Positions 1 through 6,848 of a stretch of 28,256 nt of DNA are shown here, piece after piece. The notes beneath the pieces were generated by a model. It searched no databases, was not told the origin of the DNA, and saw nothing but the letters and a program-made list of their open reading frames with translations. The translations under genes were made by a program, and so were the position numbers. This DNA comes from a virus (taxonomy: Duplodnaviria > Caudoviricetes): IMG/VR virus record IMGVR_UViG_3300005805_000353, positions 1 to 28,256 of that record; one strand, 5' to 3'. How positions within the stretch are numbered: the stretch's first letter is position 1; each line of letters begins with the position of its first letter.

Positions 1-1
1 C

Positions 2-469
2 GTGGAAATTGTAACACGCCGTTCTATTGCTGCACAAATTCTTCGTCACAAGTCATTCTCATTCCAAGAATTTTCTCAACGTTATTCTTCTGCAACAACA
101 GTTCAAGATATTGAACTTCGTAAACAAGCAGAGAAGAATCGTCAATCATCTGCCGAACCTTACAATCCTGAATGGGTCGGTGGTGTAAAGTTATCGGATA
201 TTGTAGAAGGACATTTTCAAGCCTCTCTAAATCTTTACAATGAGATGATTGAAGCTGGTATCGCGCGCGAAGTTGCTCGTGATGTTCTTCCACTTGCAAC
301 AGAAACAACAATGTATATGAAGGGCTCACTTCGTTCTTGGATTCACTACCTCGAACTTCGTACACTCGAAGATACACAGAAAGAACACCGAGATATTGCG
401 AATGGTATTCGAGACATTTTCACTCAGAACTTCCCAAGTATTTCAGAGGCAATCGGATGGGGGACGTAA
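2..469 (+). CDS. thyX: Flavin-dependent thymidylate synthase ThyX, 5'-truncated by the window edge
   Basis: QILRHKSFSFQEFSQRY matches the ThyX RHRxxSxxxxSxR signature, with K for the second R. Downstream AREVARDVLP and SLRSWIHYLELR...TQKEHR are typical C-terminal ThyX motifs. The frame is open at the left edge. Confidence 0.93.
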   Translation: MEIVTRRSIAAQILRHKSFSFQEFSQRYSSATTVQDIELRKQAEKNRQSSAEPYNPEWVGGVKLSDIVEGHFQASLNLYNEMIEAGIAREVARDVLPLATETTMYMKGSLRSWIHYLELRTLEDTQKEHRDIANGIRDIFTQNFPSISEAIGWGT

Positions 470-702
470 AGAAGTTTTATGAAGAGACCCTAAACTTTAA
501 CTGGGAGATGTTAGAAGAAAATCCGAATTACTTCATTGAAATGAAATCAATGACTGACTTTCAAAAACTAGATGAACTCTATGATATGTATATTTACTTT
601 CTTGAAAAAGATGAATTTGAAAAGTGTGAAGTTATTCAAAATAGTATAATAACAGTAAGAGAAAAATATCACAAAGTAATAAGAGAGAAAAAATCGTTAT
701 GA
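457..702 (+). CDS. Hypothetical protein (81 aa), weak UVR-like helical hairpin near the C-terminus
   Basis: ATG at 457 overlaps the thyX end and is preferred over the track's 337 start, which lies deep inside thyX. EKDEFEKCEVIQNSI resembles the UVR (E.YE.AA.IRD) pattern. The stop overlaps the next ATG (ATGA). Confidence 0.55.
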   Translation: MGDVKKFYEETLNFNWEMLEENPNYFIEMKSMTDFQKLDELYDMYIYFLEKDEFEKCEVIQNSIITVREKYHKVIREKKSL

Positions 703-1007
703 CTGAAACAGAAAAACTTATGAAGAAAGTTATGAAGAAAGCACCAACTGCAAAGATGCTTTTTGATTCAGAAAAAAATTTGTATATTGATGTAGATGGT
801 GTAAATCTATCGGAAGAACATTTACTACCTCCAACAAAAGATCCACACAGAGCCTGGGAAATGGCGGATCTAAGTCTGAAGATGACGCAAAACTTTAATA
901 GAACTCATCCGATGAGAGCTGAGTTTTCTACATCAGAAGATAAGAAACGGAGAATTAAAAACAGAAAAAGAAACAAGGTTAACGATTACTACGGAAGTTA
1001 CGAATAA
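699..1007 (+). CDS. Hypothetical protein (102 aa), basic C-terminus
   Basis: Tiles between its neighbours with ATGA and TAATG overlaps. No recognised motif. Confidence 0.65.
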   Translation: MTETEKLMKKVMKKAPTAKMLFDSEKNLYIDVDGVNLSEEHLLPPTKDPHRAWEMADLSLKMTQNFNRTHPMRAEFSTSEDKKRRIKNRKRNKVNDYYGSYE

Positions 1008-1555
1008 TGAAATTAGTGGATGAGATATATAAAATTGGTATTAAGAATGATAACTCTATAATTCATTTTGGCGCAGGTCATAAAAATGGAGAATTCATAC
1101 TTGATTTGAACACTTACCTTAACAAAAATTCTATGTCCGTAAATTACGTCGGTGTAGAATCTGAAAATTCTAAAATAGAATCTACAATAGATTTTCTAGT
1201 TAAGAACGATGTACAAAAACAATATCAGAATATTTTGAATGCAACGATGCAAGATTATGCTGTAAATAATAACGAGACATATGATTTTGCAATTATTACT
1301 GGAATATTCGATAAACCAAAATATGGAGATCAGCAATTACACTTCATCCATTCAACAATAAATGAATTGTTTAGATTTACAGAAAATTCAATCATATTTA
1401 CATATAACTCATCTGAAAATACAGATCAAATGTATGATCTATATTACATGAGTAATTATGTTCATAGTAATTACAGTAGATTTTCTGCCATTAGAATTAA
1501 TGAGCACGAATACTTATATTGTATAAACAAGTATTATCTTTCATATAACATATAA
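1007..1555 (+). CDS. Divergent class I SAM-dependent methyltransferase-like protein
   Basis: SIIHFGAG resembles motif I (normally VLD.GCG.G). YVGVE gives the acidic residue ending strand 2, and ETYDFAIITGIF resembles motif II. 182 aa fits a minimal Rossmann MTase. Confidence 0.55.
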   Translation: MKLVDEIYKIGIKNDNSIIHFGAGHKNGEFILDLNTYLNKNSMSVNYVGVESENSKIESTIDFLVKNDVQKQYQNILNATMQDYAVNNNETYDFAIITGIFDKPKYGDQQLHFIHSTINELFRFTENSIIFTYNSSENTDQMYDLYYMSNYVHSNYSRFSAIRINEHEYLYCINKYYLSYNI

Positions 1556-1565
1556 AGGAACTGTT

Positions 1566-1868
1566 ATGTTAATCACATCAATTATTTTGATTACAGCAGT
1601 ATTAGCTGGATTTGTTTTTTGGTTCTATAATAAACGTAGAGTTACATCTCTCGTTGAAAATATTGATGACAAGCAAGCAATCATCAATGCACTTACAAAT
1701 CATGTAGAACACGCTCAACCATCAACGAAAGTGACAATTGAAACTTCTAAGAAGAAGGATGGTTATCGTCGTAAGTATAATAAGAAGAATTCTGACGGTA
1801 AGTCAAAGAATCAAAATTCTCAAAATAAACCGCCACAGAAGAAGAAGCAAAAGAAGAACGTAATCTAA
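1566..1868 (+). CDS. Single-pass membrane protein with Lys-rich tail
   Basis: N-terminal hydrophobic run LITSIILITAVLAGFVFWFY followed by NKRR, a short coil and a K/Q/N-rich tail. AAGGA lies upstream of the ATG. Confidence 0.7.
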   Translation: MLITSIILITAVLAGFVFWFYNKRRVTSLVENIDDKQAIINALTNHVEHAQPSTKVTIETSKKKDGYRRKYNKKNSDGKSKNQNSQNKPPQKKKQKKNVI

Positions 1869-1890
1869 AAACTGATAAATTGATTATTTG

Positions 1891-1931
1891 AATGGGAGAC
1901 AAGATTTTTCTTGTTTCCCATTGTTTTTTTT
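1891..1931 (+). terminator. Rho-independent terminator
   Basis: 14-bp stem AATGGGAGACAAGA (1891-1904) / TCTTGTTTCCCATT (1909-1922) with one G-U pair and a TTTT loop, followed by G and 8 T (1924-1931). It lies in the gap after the 1566..1868 gene. Confidence 0.8.
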
Positions 1932-1941
1932 CTTATATTAG
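1910..1941 (+). promoter_or_regulatory. Putative Bacteroidota-type promoter for uvsE
   Basis: CTTG (1910-1913) - 20 nt - TATATTAG (1934-1941), close to the -33 TTTG / -7 TAnnTTTG consensus with 19-21 nt spacing. It ends 28 nt before the uvsE ATG. Confidence 0.45.
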
Positions 1942-1969
1942 AACTCACATTATTCATTATAGGATTGTT

Positions 1970-2881
1970 ATGAATCTCGGTTATGCCTGTATCAATATGA
2001 CTCTTGGTGAGAAGAAAATCACCACCAATCGGTCAATGATAAAGAAAACATTTCTTCAACGTGGTATCAATTATGCAGCTGAACTTGGACTTCAAAATGT
2101 CAAGGACTTGGAAACTATCATTCATTGGAACGTAGAAAACAACATCAAACTGTTCCGTATCTCATCCGATATGTTTCCGTGGGCATCCGAATATGGTGTA
2201 GAAAACCTCCCTAACATACAGGAAATTGCAGAGGTAATGAAACGTACAGGTGAGTATGTAAAACTCAATGGCGTTCGTTTAGGGTGTCACCCTGGTCCTT
2301 TCAACGTACTCTGTTCACCGAATGAGAAAGTTGTTCAAAACACTATCGTTGACTTAGAAAACCACGCCAAGGTTCTCGACTTACTTCAACTTTCACATAC
2401 ACCATATAACAAGATAAACATCCATTGTAACGGAACGTATGGTGATAAGATTGCAAGTATGCAACGTTTTTGTGATAACTATGACAGATTGTCAGAGTCT
2501 GTCAAATCTCGTCTTACGGTTGAGAACGATGACAAGGCAAGTATGTACAGTGTAAAAGATCTAATGTATATCCATGAACGTATCGGTATTCCAATTGTGT
2601 TTGATTATCACCACCACACATTCAACACAGGTGGTCTATCAGAACAAGAAGCTCTTGAACTTGCTATGTCAACGTGGCCTGAAGGTATCATCCCCGTAGT
2701 TCATTACTCTTCATCTAAACCAAAGGAATCTGGTAATCCAAAGGATAAACCACAGGCTCATGCCGATTACATTTTGGAGAAAATAAATACTTATGGATAT
2801 GACGTTGATGTCATGCTAGAGTGTAAAGCAAAAGAATTGGCACTACTAGAATATCGTAATATTAATGGAGATTTTAAATGA
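1970..2881 (+). CDS. uvsE: UV DNA damage endonuclease (UvsE/UVDE family)
   Basis: Motifs LGYAC, LFRISSDMFP, HPGPF, NIH, RLTVENDD, VFDYHHH, HYSS, HADYI and DVMLECKAKELAL. Start placed at ATG 1970 (AGGA upstream); the track's 1892 start runs through the terminator. Confidence 0.95.
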   Translation: MNLGYACINMTLGEKKITTNRSMIKKTFLQRGINYAAELGLQNVKDLETIIHWNVENNIKLFRISSDMFPWASEYGVENLPNIQEIAEVMKRTGEYVKLNGVRLGCHPGPFNVLCSPNEKVVQNTIVDLENHAKVLDLLQLSHTPYNKINIHCNGTYGDKIASMQRFCDNYDRLSESVKSRLTVENDDKASMYSVKDLMYIHERIGIPIVFDYHHHTFNTGGLSEQEALELAMSTWPEGIIPVVHYSSSKPKESGNPKDKPQAHADYILEKINTYGYDVDVMLECKAKELALLEYRNINGDFK

Positions 2882-3171
2882 AAATGAAAAGATTATTAGA
2901 ACTTGCAGGTATCACACCAGAAACGTATATATCTGAATCAATACCTACAAGTGTGATGAATCAACGTTTCAAGTATGTTGGTAAAGTATTAGAAATTGAA
3001 CCAGATTCAAACGTTTTTGATTCATTAAATGACTTCTTTACAGAACTTAGATTTAGCTGGGACACGTCAGAATCTAATGTTAAGAAATACATAAATTCTC
3101 TTTCGTATGAAGGTGGAAAAATTGTATCTAATTATTCTGGGAAGAAAACGGTAGAACTGGTAAAACAATAA
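2878..3171 (+). CDS. Hypothetical protein (97 aa) with N-terminal RLLELAGI motif
   Basis: ATGA overlap with the uvsE stop; tiles the gap to the next gene. Confidence 0.65.
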   Translation: MKMKRLLELAGITPETYISESIPTSVMNQRFKYVGKVLEIEPDSNVFDSLNDFFTELRFSWDTSESNVKKYINSLSYEGGKIVSNYSGKKTVELVKQ

Positions 3172-3182
3172 GAGTTAATAAT

Positions 3183-4316
3183 ATGACATTTAAACTATTC
3201 AACCTCAAAAATCTTATTTGGTTTTGTGCGATTGGATTAGCGGTGTGTTCTGGGTATTACTCTATATTTGGAATATCTAAATTATTTTCTGGTGGTTCTT
3301 GGTCAATTATTGGTATGGCAGCAATGTTGGAGTTATCCAAACTTGTTGTTGTAAGTTTTTTACATGACCACTTTAAGACGCTAAAAACAATATTCAAATT
3401 TTATTTGATGTCTGCCGCAGTTGTTCTTATGGCTATAACATCTATTGGTGTATATGGTTATTTGACAAACTCATATCAAGAAACTGCGAAAGTAATTTAC
3501 AAGACACAAAATGAAATAACTCTTCTCGATCAAAAGAAAAAGTTATTTGAAGAACAAAAGGTACAATTAGACAAAGCAGTGGAAGATAAGAATACTCGTC
3601 TTAAATCACTGGATCAAATTCGCGTATCTCAACAAAATGCTTACACCCAGCAACTGACACAAAAAAGAGGGACAGGTGGTTTAACAAAGAATATTGCATC
3701 TGTTGATAAATCTTCCGAGAATCTAAACAGTGACATATCAACATTAACACAGAAATCATTTGCACTTTCAGATTCTATTGCAAACATAGAACAATTAAAA
3801 TTATCTCTTAGTAATGAAACTTTTTCGTCAGAACTCGGTCCTTTACTTTATCTGAGTAGAATTACAGGCATTCCGATGGATGTGGTTGTAAACTGGTTTA
3901 TTATCATTCTTGTTATTGTATTCGATCCACTCGCGGTTAGTTTGGTGATTGCTGCAAATCACTTGAGTTCAAAAGAAAAACAACAAGAAACTTTAGACGA
4001 ATTGAGTAAGATTGGACAAGAGATAGAAATAAATCCACCTATGGAGGAAACAGATTTTTTTCAAAATAAGGTTTTGGAAGAGGAAGTAAAAGAACCTCAC
4101 ACCGATGTTGTTATCATCAAGAAAAAAAAGAAACGAAATAAAAGTTTGAAAAATAAGAAAGAAAGTAGTATATTAACTAACACTCCGATTGAATCGGATG
4201 TTGTTGAAGATAATAGTGGACAAAAAGAATTTTACGGAGAAGAACCTAAACTGGAAGAAGTACAAGTGGAACTTATAGAAAACCCTTGGATTCCAAGTAA
4301 ACCATTTAGGAGATAA
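3183..4316 (+). CDS. Multi-pass membrane protein with long coiled coil
   Basis: Three N-terminal hydrophobic segments (about aa 11-30, 41-61, 72-94) and a Q/K/L-rich heptad region. A further TM segment (VVVNWFIIILVIVFDPLAVSLVIAA) precedes an acidic/basic disordered tail. Confidence 0.8.
   Translation: MTFKLFNLKNLIWFCAIGLAVCSGYYSIFGISKLFSGGSWSIIGMAAMLELSKLVVVSFLHDHFKTLKTIFKFYLMSAAVVLMAITSIGVYGYLTNSYQETAKVIYKTQNEITLLDQKKKLFEEQKVQLDKAVEDKNTRLKSLDQIRVSQQNAYTQQLTQKRGTGGLTKNIASVDKSSENLNSDISTLTQKSFALSDSIANIEQLKLSLSNETFSSELGPLLYLSRITGIPMDVVVNWFIIILVIVFDPLAVSLVIAANHLSSKEKQQETLDELSKIGQEIEINPPMEETDFFQNKVLEEEVKEPHTDVVIIKKKKKRNKSLKNKKESSILTNTPIESDVVEDNSGQKEFYGEEPKLEEVQVELIENPWIPSKPFRR
4145..4176 (+). promoter_or_regulatory. 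Putative internal Bacteroidota-type promoter driving the 4320/clpP genes
   Basis: TTTG (4145-4148) - 20 nt - TATATTAA (4169-4176), with A-tracts upstream (4118-4143). Same geometry as the site at 1910-1941. Confidence 0.45.
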
Positions 4317-4319
4317 GTT

Positions 4320-4715
4320 ATGAAATATGTTTTGTGTCAAAATAGTAAATCTGGTGGTAAGTACTTTAAAGGTAGAGTTTGTTACGAAGAAATATTAGTA
4401 GATGACAATACACAATCTGCTTTATGTTGGAAATGTACTGCATTGATAGCACCTCCACCTGAAGAAAAGAAACCAACTGGTTATCCTCGTGGTTGGAAAT
4501 TTATGGTGGAATTTGTTGATAAGGATGGTAATGTTTACCACAAAGGAGAACTCCAATCAGATTTATTTGGAACACTACCACCGACTGAAATAAAGAAAAA
4601 AGAGAAAAAGACTAGGACTAAAAAGAAAAAAGATTCACTTGAAGATAAGATAATCAGCGAGTTCAAGAAGAGAGTTACGACTAAAAAAATAAAGAAAAAC
4701 AATAGGAGACGGTAA
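4320..4715 (+). CDS. Hypothetical protein, possible Zn-binding N-terminus, basic C-terminus
   Basis: Four Cys in the first 40 aa, including CWKC. Central GYPRGWKFM.EFVDKDGNVYHKG and a Lys-rich tail. AGGAG upstream. Confidence 0.7.
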   Translation: MKYVLCQNSKSGGKYFKGRVCYEEILVDDNTQSALCWKCTALIAPPPEEKKPTGYPRGWKFMVEFVDKDGNVYHKGELQSDLFGTLPPTEIKKKEKKTRTKKKKDSLEDKIISEFKKRVTTKKIKKNNRRR

Positions 4716-4716
4716 C

Positions 4717-5370
4717 ATGAAGAATTTTTATGATGACGACGTGAAGGAAGAAAAAACTACACAAAAAACCACACAGTCAAATGATGATCTGCCCGTCAAA
4801 TGGAAAGAAGCTCTTGCACAAATCGACTATGGTATTGATGTAGAATCTTCTACGATTTACATGTTTGGAGATATTACAGACGGTACACTATATGATTTCA
4901 TGTTAAGAGTTCGAGCAATATTACACATGAGAGATGAATCGAAAAAGGAAGAACCTATTAACATAATAATCAACTCGGATGGCGGTGATGTTTATGAAGC
5001 ACTTGGTATGATTGATTATTTACAGTCTCTAAACGTTAAGGTAAACACTATTTGCCGAGGACGTGCAATGTCAGCTGCTGCACTACTACTATGTTCAGGT
5101 ACAGGAGTCCGTGGCGCATCTAAGAACAGTACTATCATGTTCCACGAAATGTCTTCTGGTATCTATGGTAAGTCTTCTGACATGAAGGCTAACGTACAAC
5201 ATATGGAAAAGTTAGAAGAGATTCTCGTAACAATAATGAGTCAGAATTCAAATAAGAATGATGAGTTCTGGAAGGAAAAGACTATCAAGGATTATTATCT
5301 ATCACCAGAAGAAGCACTTCAACTTGGTGTAATTGATACCATAATCGAACCAAAATTTGCAAGGGGATGA
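4717..5370 (+). CDS. clpP: ClpP-family serine protease subunit
   Basis: INIIINSDGGDV (S-P-G-G equivalent), GRAMSAAALLL (catalytic Ser), IMFHE (His) and KDYYLSPEEALQLGVID (Asp; D.YL.A.EA..YG.ID). AGGAG upstream. Confidence 0.93.
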   Translation: MKNFYDDDVKEEKTTQKTTQSNDDLPVKWKEALAQIDYGIDVESSTIYMFGDITDGTLYDFMLRVRAILHMRDESKKEEPINIIINSDGGDVYEALGMIDYLQSLNVKVNTICRGRAMSAAALLLCSGTGVRGASKNSTIMFHEMSSGIYGKSSDMKANVQHMEKLEEILVTIMSQNSNKNDEFWKEKTIKDYYLSPEEALQLGVIDTIIEPKFARG

Positions 5371-5371
5371 T

Positions 5372-5719
5372 ATGGTATTCCTTGTTTTGTTCTTAGTATT
5401 TTTGTTATTGGCATCTTGTTATGTGATATATAATCTTTATACAAAGTACCAGATACTTGAAGATATTGCACAAGAAAATGTTGATTTCATTATCGCAATA
5501 AGAACTCGTGTATTAAGTCATCAATCCTATCTAAAACAATTAGATAGGATTGGTGCTTTTGAATCAGATGATGAAGTGGGTCATTTCTTTAAAGAACTCA
5601 AGAAAATTATCAATGATATTGCAGTTTATCTTGAAATTCAAAATAAAGATGATGATAACGATGATGATGAGAATAACAACATAAAATCAAAAATAGTCGG
5701 TGAAATAGGGGGATTTTGA
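5372..5719 (+). CDS. Single-pass membrane protein (115 aa)
   Basis: ATG 5372 directly after the clpP stop. N-terminal TM VFLVLFLVFLLLASCYVIY, a helical body and an acidic D/N patch. Confidence 0.7.
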   Translation: MVFLVLFLVFLLLASCYVIYNLYTKYQILEDIAQENVDFIIAIRTRVLSHQSYLKQLDRIGAFESDDEVGHFFKELKKIINDIAVYLEIQNKDDDNDDDENNNIKSKIVGEIGGF

Positions 5720-6447
5720 TGGAAACTAAAAGAAAAAAACAAAACATCTATTTCACACAAGAAACTGAAAACGCAATAATAGAATACATAAAATGCGAAG
5801 ATAAAGATGTAAGAAATAAGATATATACTGAAAGAATACATCCTGCATTTTATAAGATGGCAGAGATAATGATACACCGTTTTAAGTTCTATAACTTTGA
5901 TGTATCACATGAAGATGTAAAACACGAAGTGGTCACATTCTTACATGAAAAGATAGACAAATACAAAGAAGGTAACGGTAAAGCATTTTCTTATTTTTCG
6001 ATAGTTGCAAAGAATTATCTAATAGCCGAGAATAACAAAAACTATTATCAGTATAAAAAGAAATATGACGTTGAAACGATTGATAGAGAAAGAAATGTTG
6101 TAAATGAACATTTAAGAAGTGAATTCATAGATGAACAATCCGACTTTATAAATATATTTGTGAATTTGATGGAAAAGTATTTATCACTAATTTTCACAAA
6201 AAACAGAGACATACAAGTTGCAGATTCTATAATCTATCTTTTTAAAACAAGAGATAACATAGAAAATTACAATAAAAAGGCATTATATATTCTGATTAGA
6301 GAACGAACTGGTGTAAAAACACAGTATATAACAAATGTTATAACACAAGTGAAGAATATCTATATGAGACTCTATCAGGAATATTGTGATGGAACTGATA
6401 TAGTAGATTTGGATTGGTACGACCTTAAAGACATTATTGAAGACTAA
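5719..6447 (+). CDS. Phage sigma factor, T4 gp55 (late sigma)-like
   Basis: EDVKHEVVTFLHEKIDKY.EG.GKAFSYFSIVAKNYLI matches sigma region 2 (D...E....L...I.KFD......F.YF..I). It sits directly upstream of the virion genes. TGATG overlap gives ATG 5719. Confidence 0.68.
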   Translation: METKRKKQNIYFTQETENAIIEYIKCEDKDVRNKIYTERIHPAFYKMAEIMIHRFKFYNFDVSHEDVKHEVVTFLHEKIDKYKEGNGKAFSYFSIVAKNYLIAENNKNYYQYKKKYDVETIDRERNVVNEHLRSEFIDEQSDFINIFVNLMEKYLSLIFTKNRDIQVADSIIYLFKTRDNIENYNKKALYILIRERTGVKTQYITNVITQVKNIYMRLYQEYCDGTDIVDLDWYDLKDIIED

Positions 6448-6461
6448 CATAATTATAGTAT

Positions 6462-6848
6462 ATGAGCTTTGATACAGAAATATTTGGAAACAAAAAATTC
6501 TCGGATCTATTGAAAGATATTTACGAGAATCAAAAGAAGAAAGATCGTCAGATTAATCTATTGATTGCAGACTTAAAACCCCTGATTCAAGGAATAAATG
6601 ATGCGGCAATTCTAGTTCCTGTTATTAAAGATTATATGGAAGTTGCTGTAAAGAATGATGAACATCTTGTAAAATTAGCCGCAGTTGTTCAGCGAATGGT
6701 TAACAATAAAGGTGAAGAAGGTAATTCGTTCTTAACAGACGAAGAAAAAGACGCTCTTTTAAAAGAGATTAAATCCATCGGAGATGAGGTAGAGGAAAAT
6801 AAAGTAAATGAACCCCCAAAAGACCATAATAAACGGGAAGGAATATGA
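6462..6848 (+). CDS. All-helical hypothetical phage protein (128 aa)
   Basis: Clean ORF with amphipathic helices. Function not recognised. Confidence 0.7.
   Translation: MSFDTEIFGNKKFSDLLKDIYENQKKKDRQINLLIADLKPLIQGINDAAILVPVIKDYMEVAVKNDEHLVKLAAVVQRMVNNKGEEGNSFLTDEEKDALLKEIKSIGDEVEENKVNEPPKDHNKREGI

Noticed and set aside
699-4715. Lys/Arg-rich tails as nuclear localisation signals (eukaryotic virus)
   Set aside because: SD sites, operon-like overlaps, a sigma factor and myovirus baseplate genes indicate a bacterial virus. A-rich codon bias readily produces Lys runs.
337-5718. Track start positions 337, 1892, 5357 and 5716
   Set aside because: They overlap thyX, the terminator or clpP, or use TTG where an adjacent ATG gives better coupling. 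ATGs at 457, 1970, 5372 and 5719 are preferred.
1566-5719. Holin/spanin lysis cassette from the three membrane proteins
   Set aside because: No nested or adjacent o-spanin with a convincing lipobox was seen, and the hydrolase lies in the baseplate module rather than beside them.
6462-6848. Terminase small subunit call for the 128-aa helical protein
   Set aside because: Size and helicity are compatible, but there is no diagnostic motif and no adjacent large terminase. Left as hypothetical.
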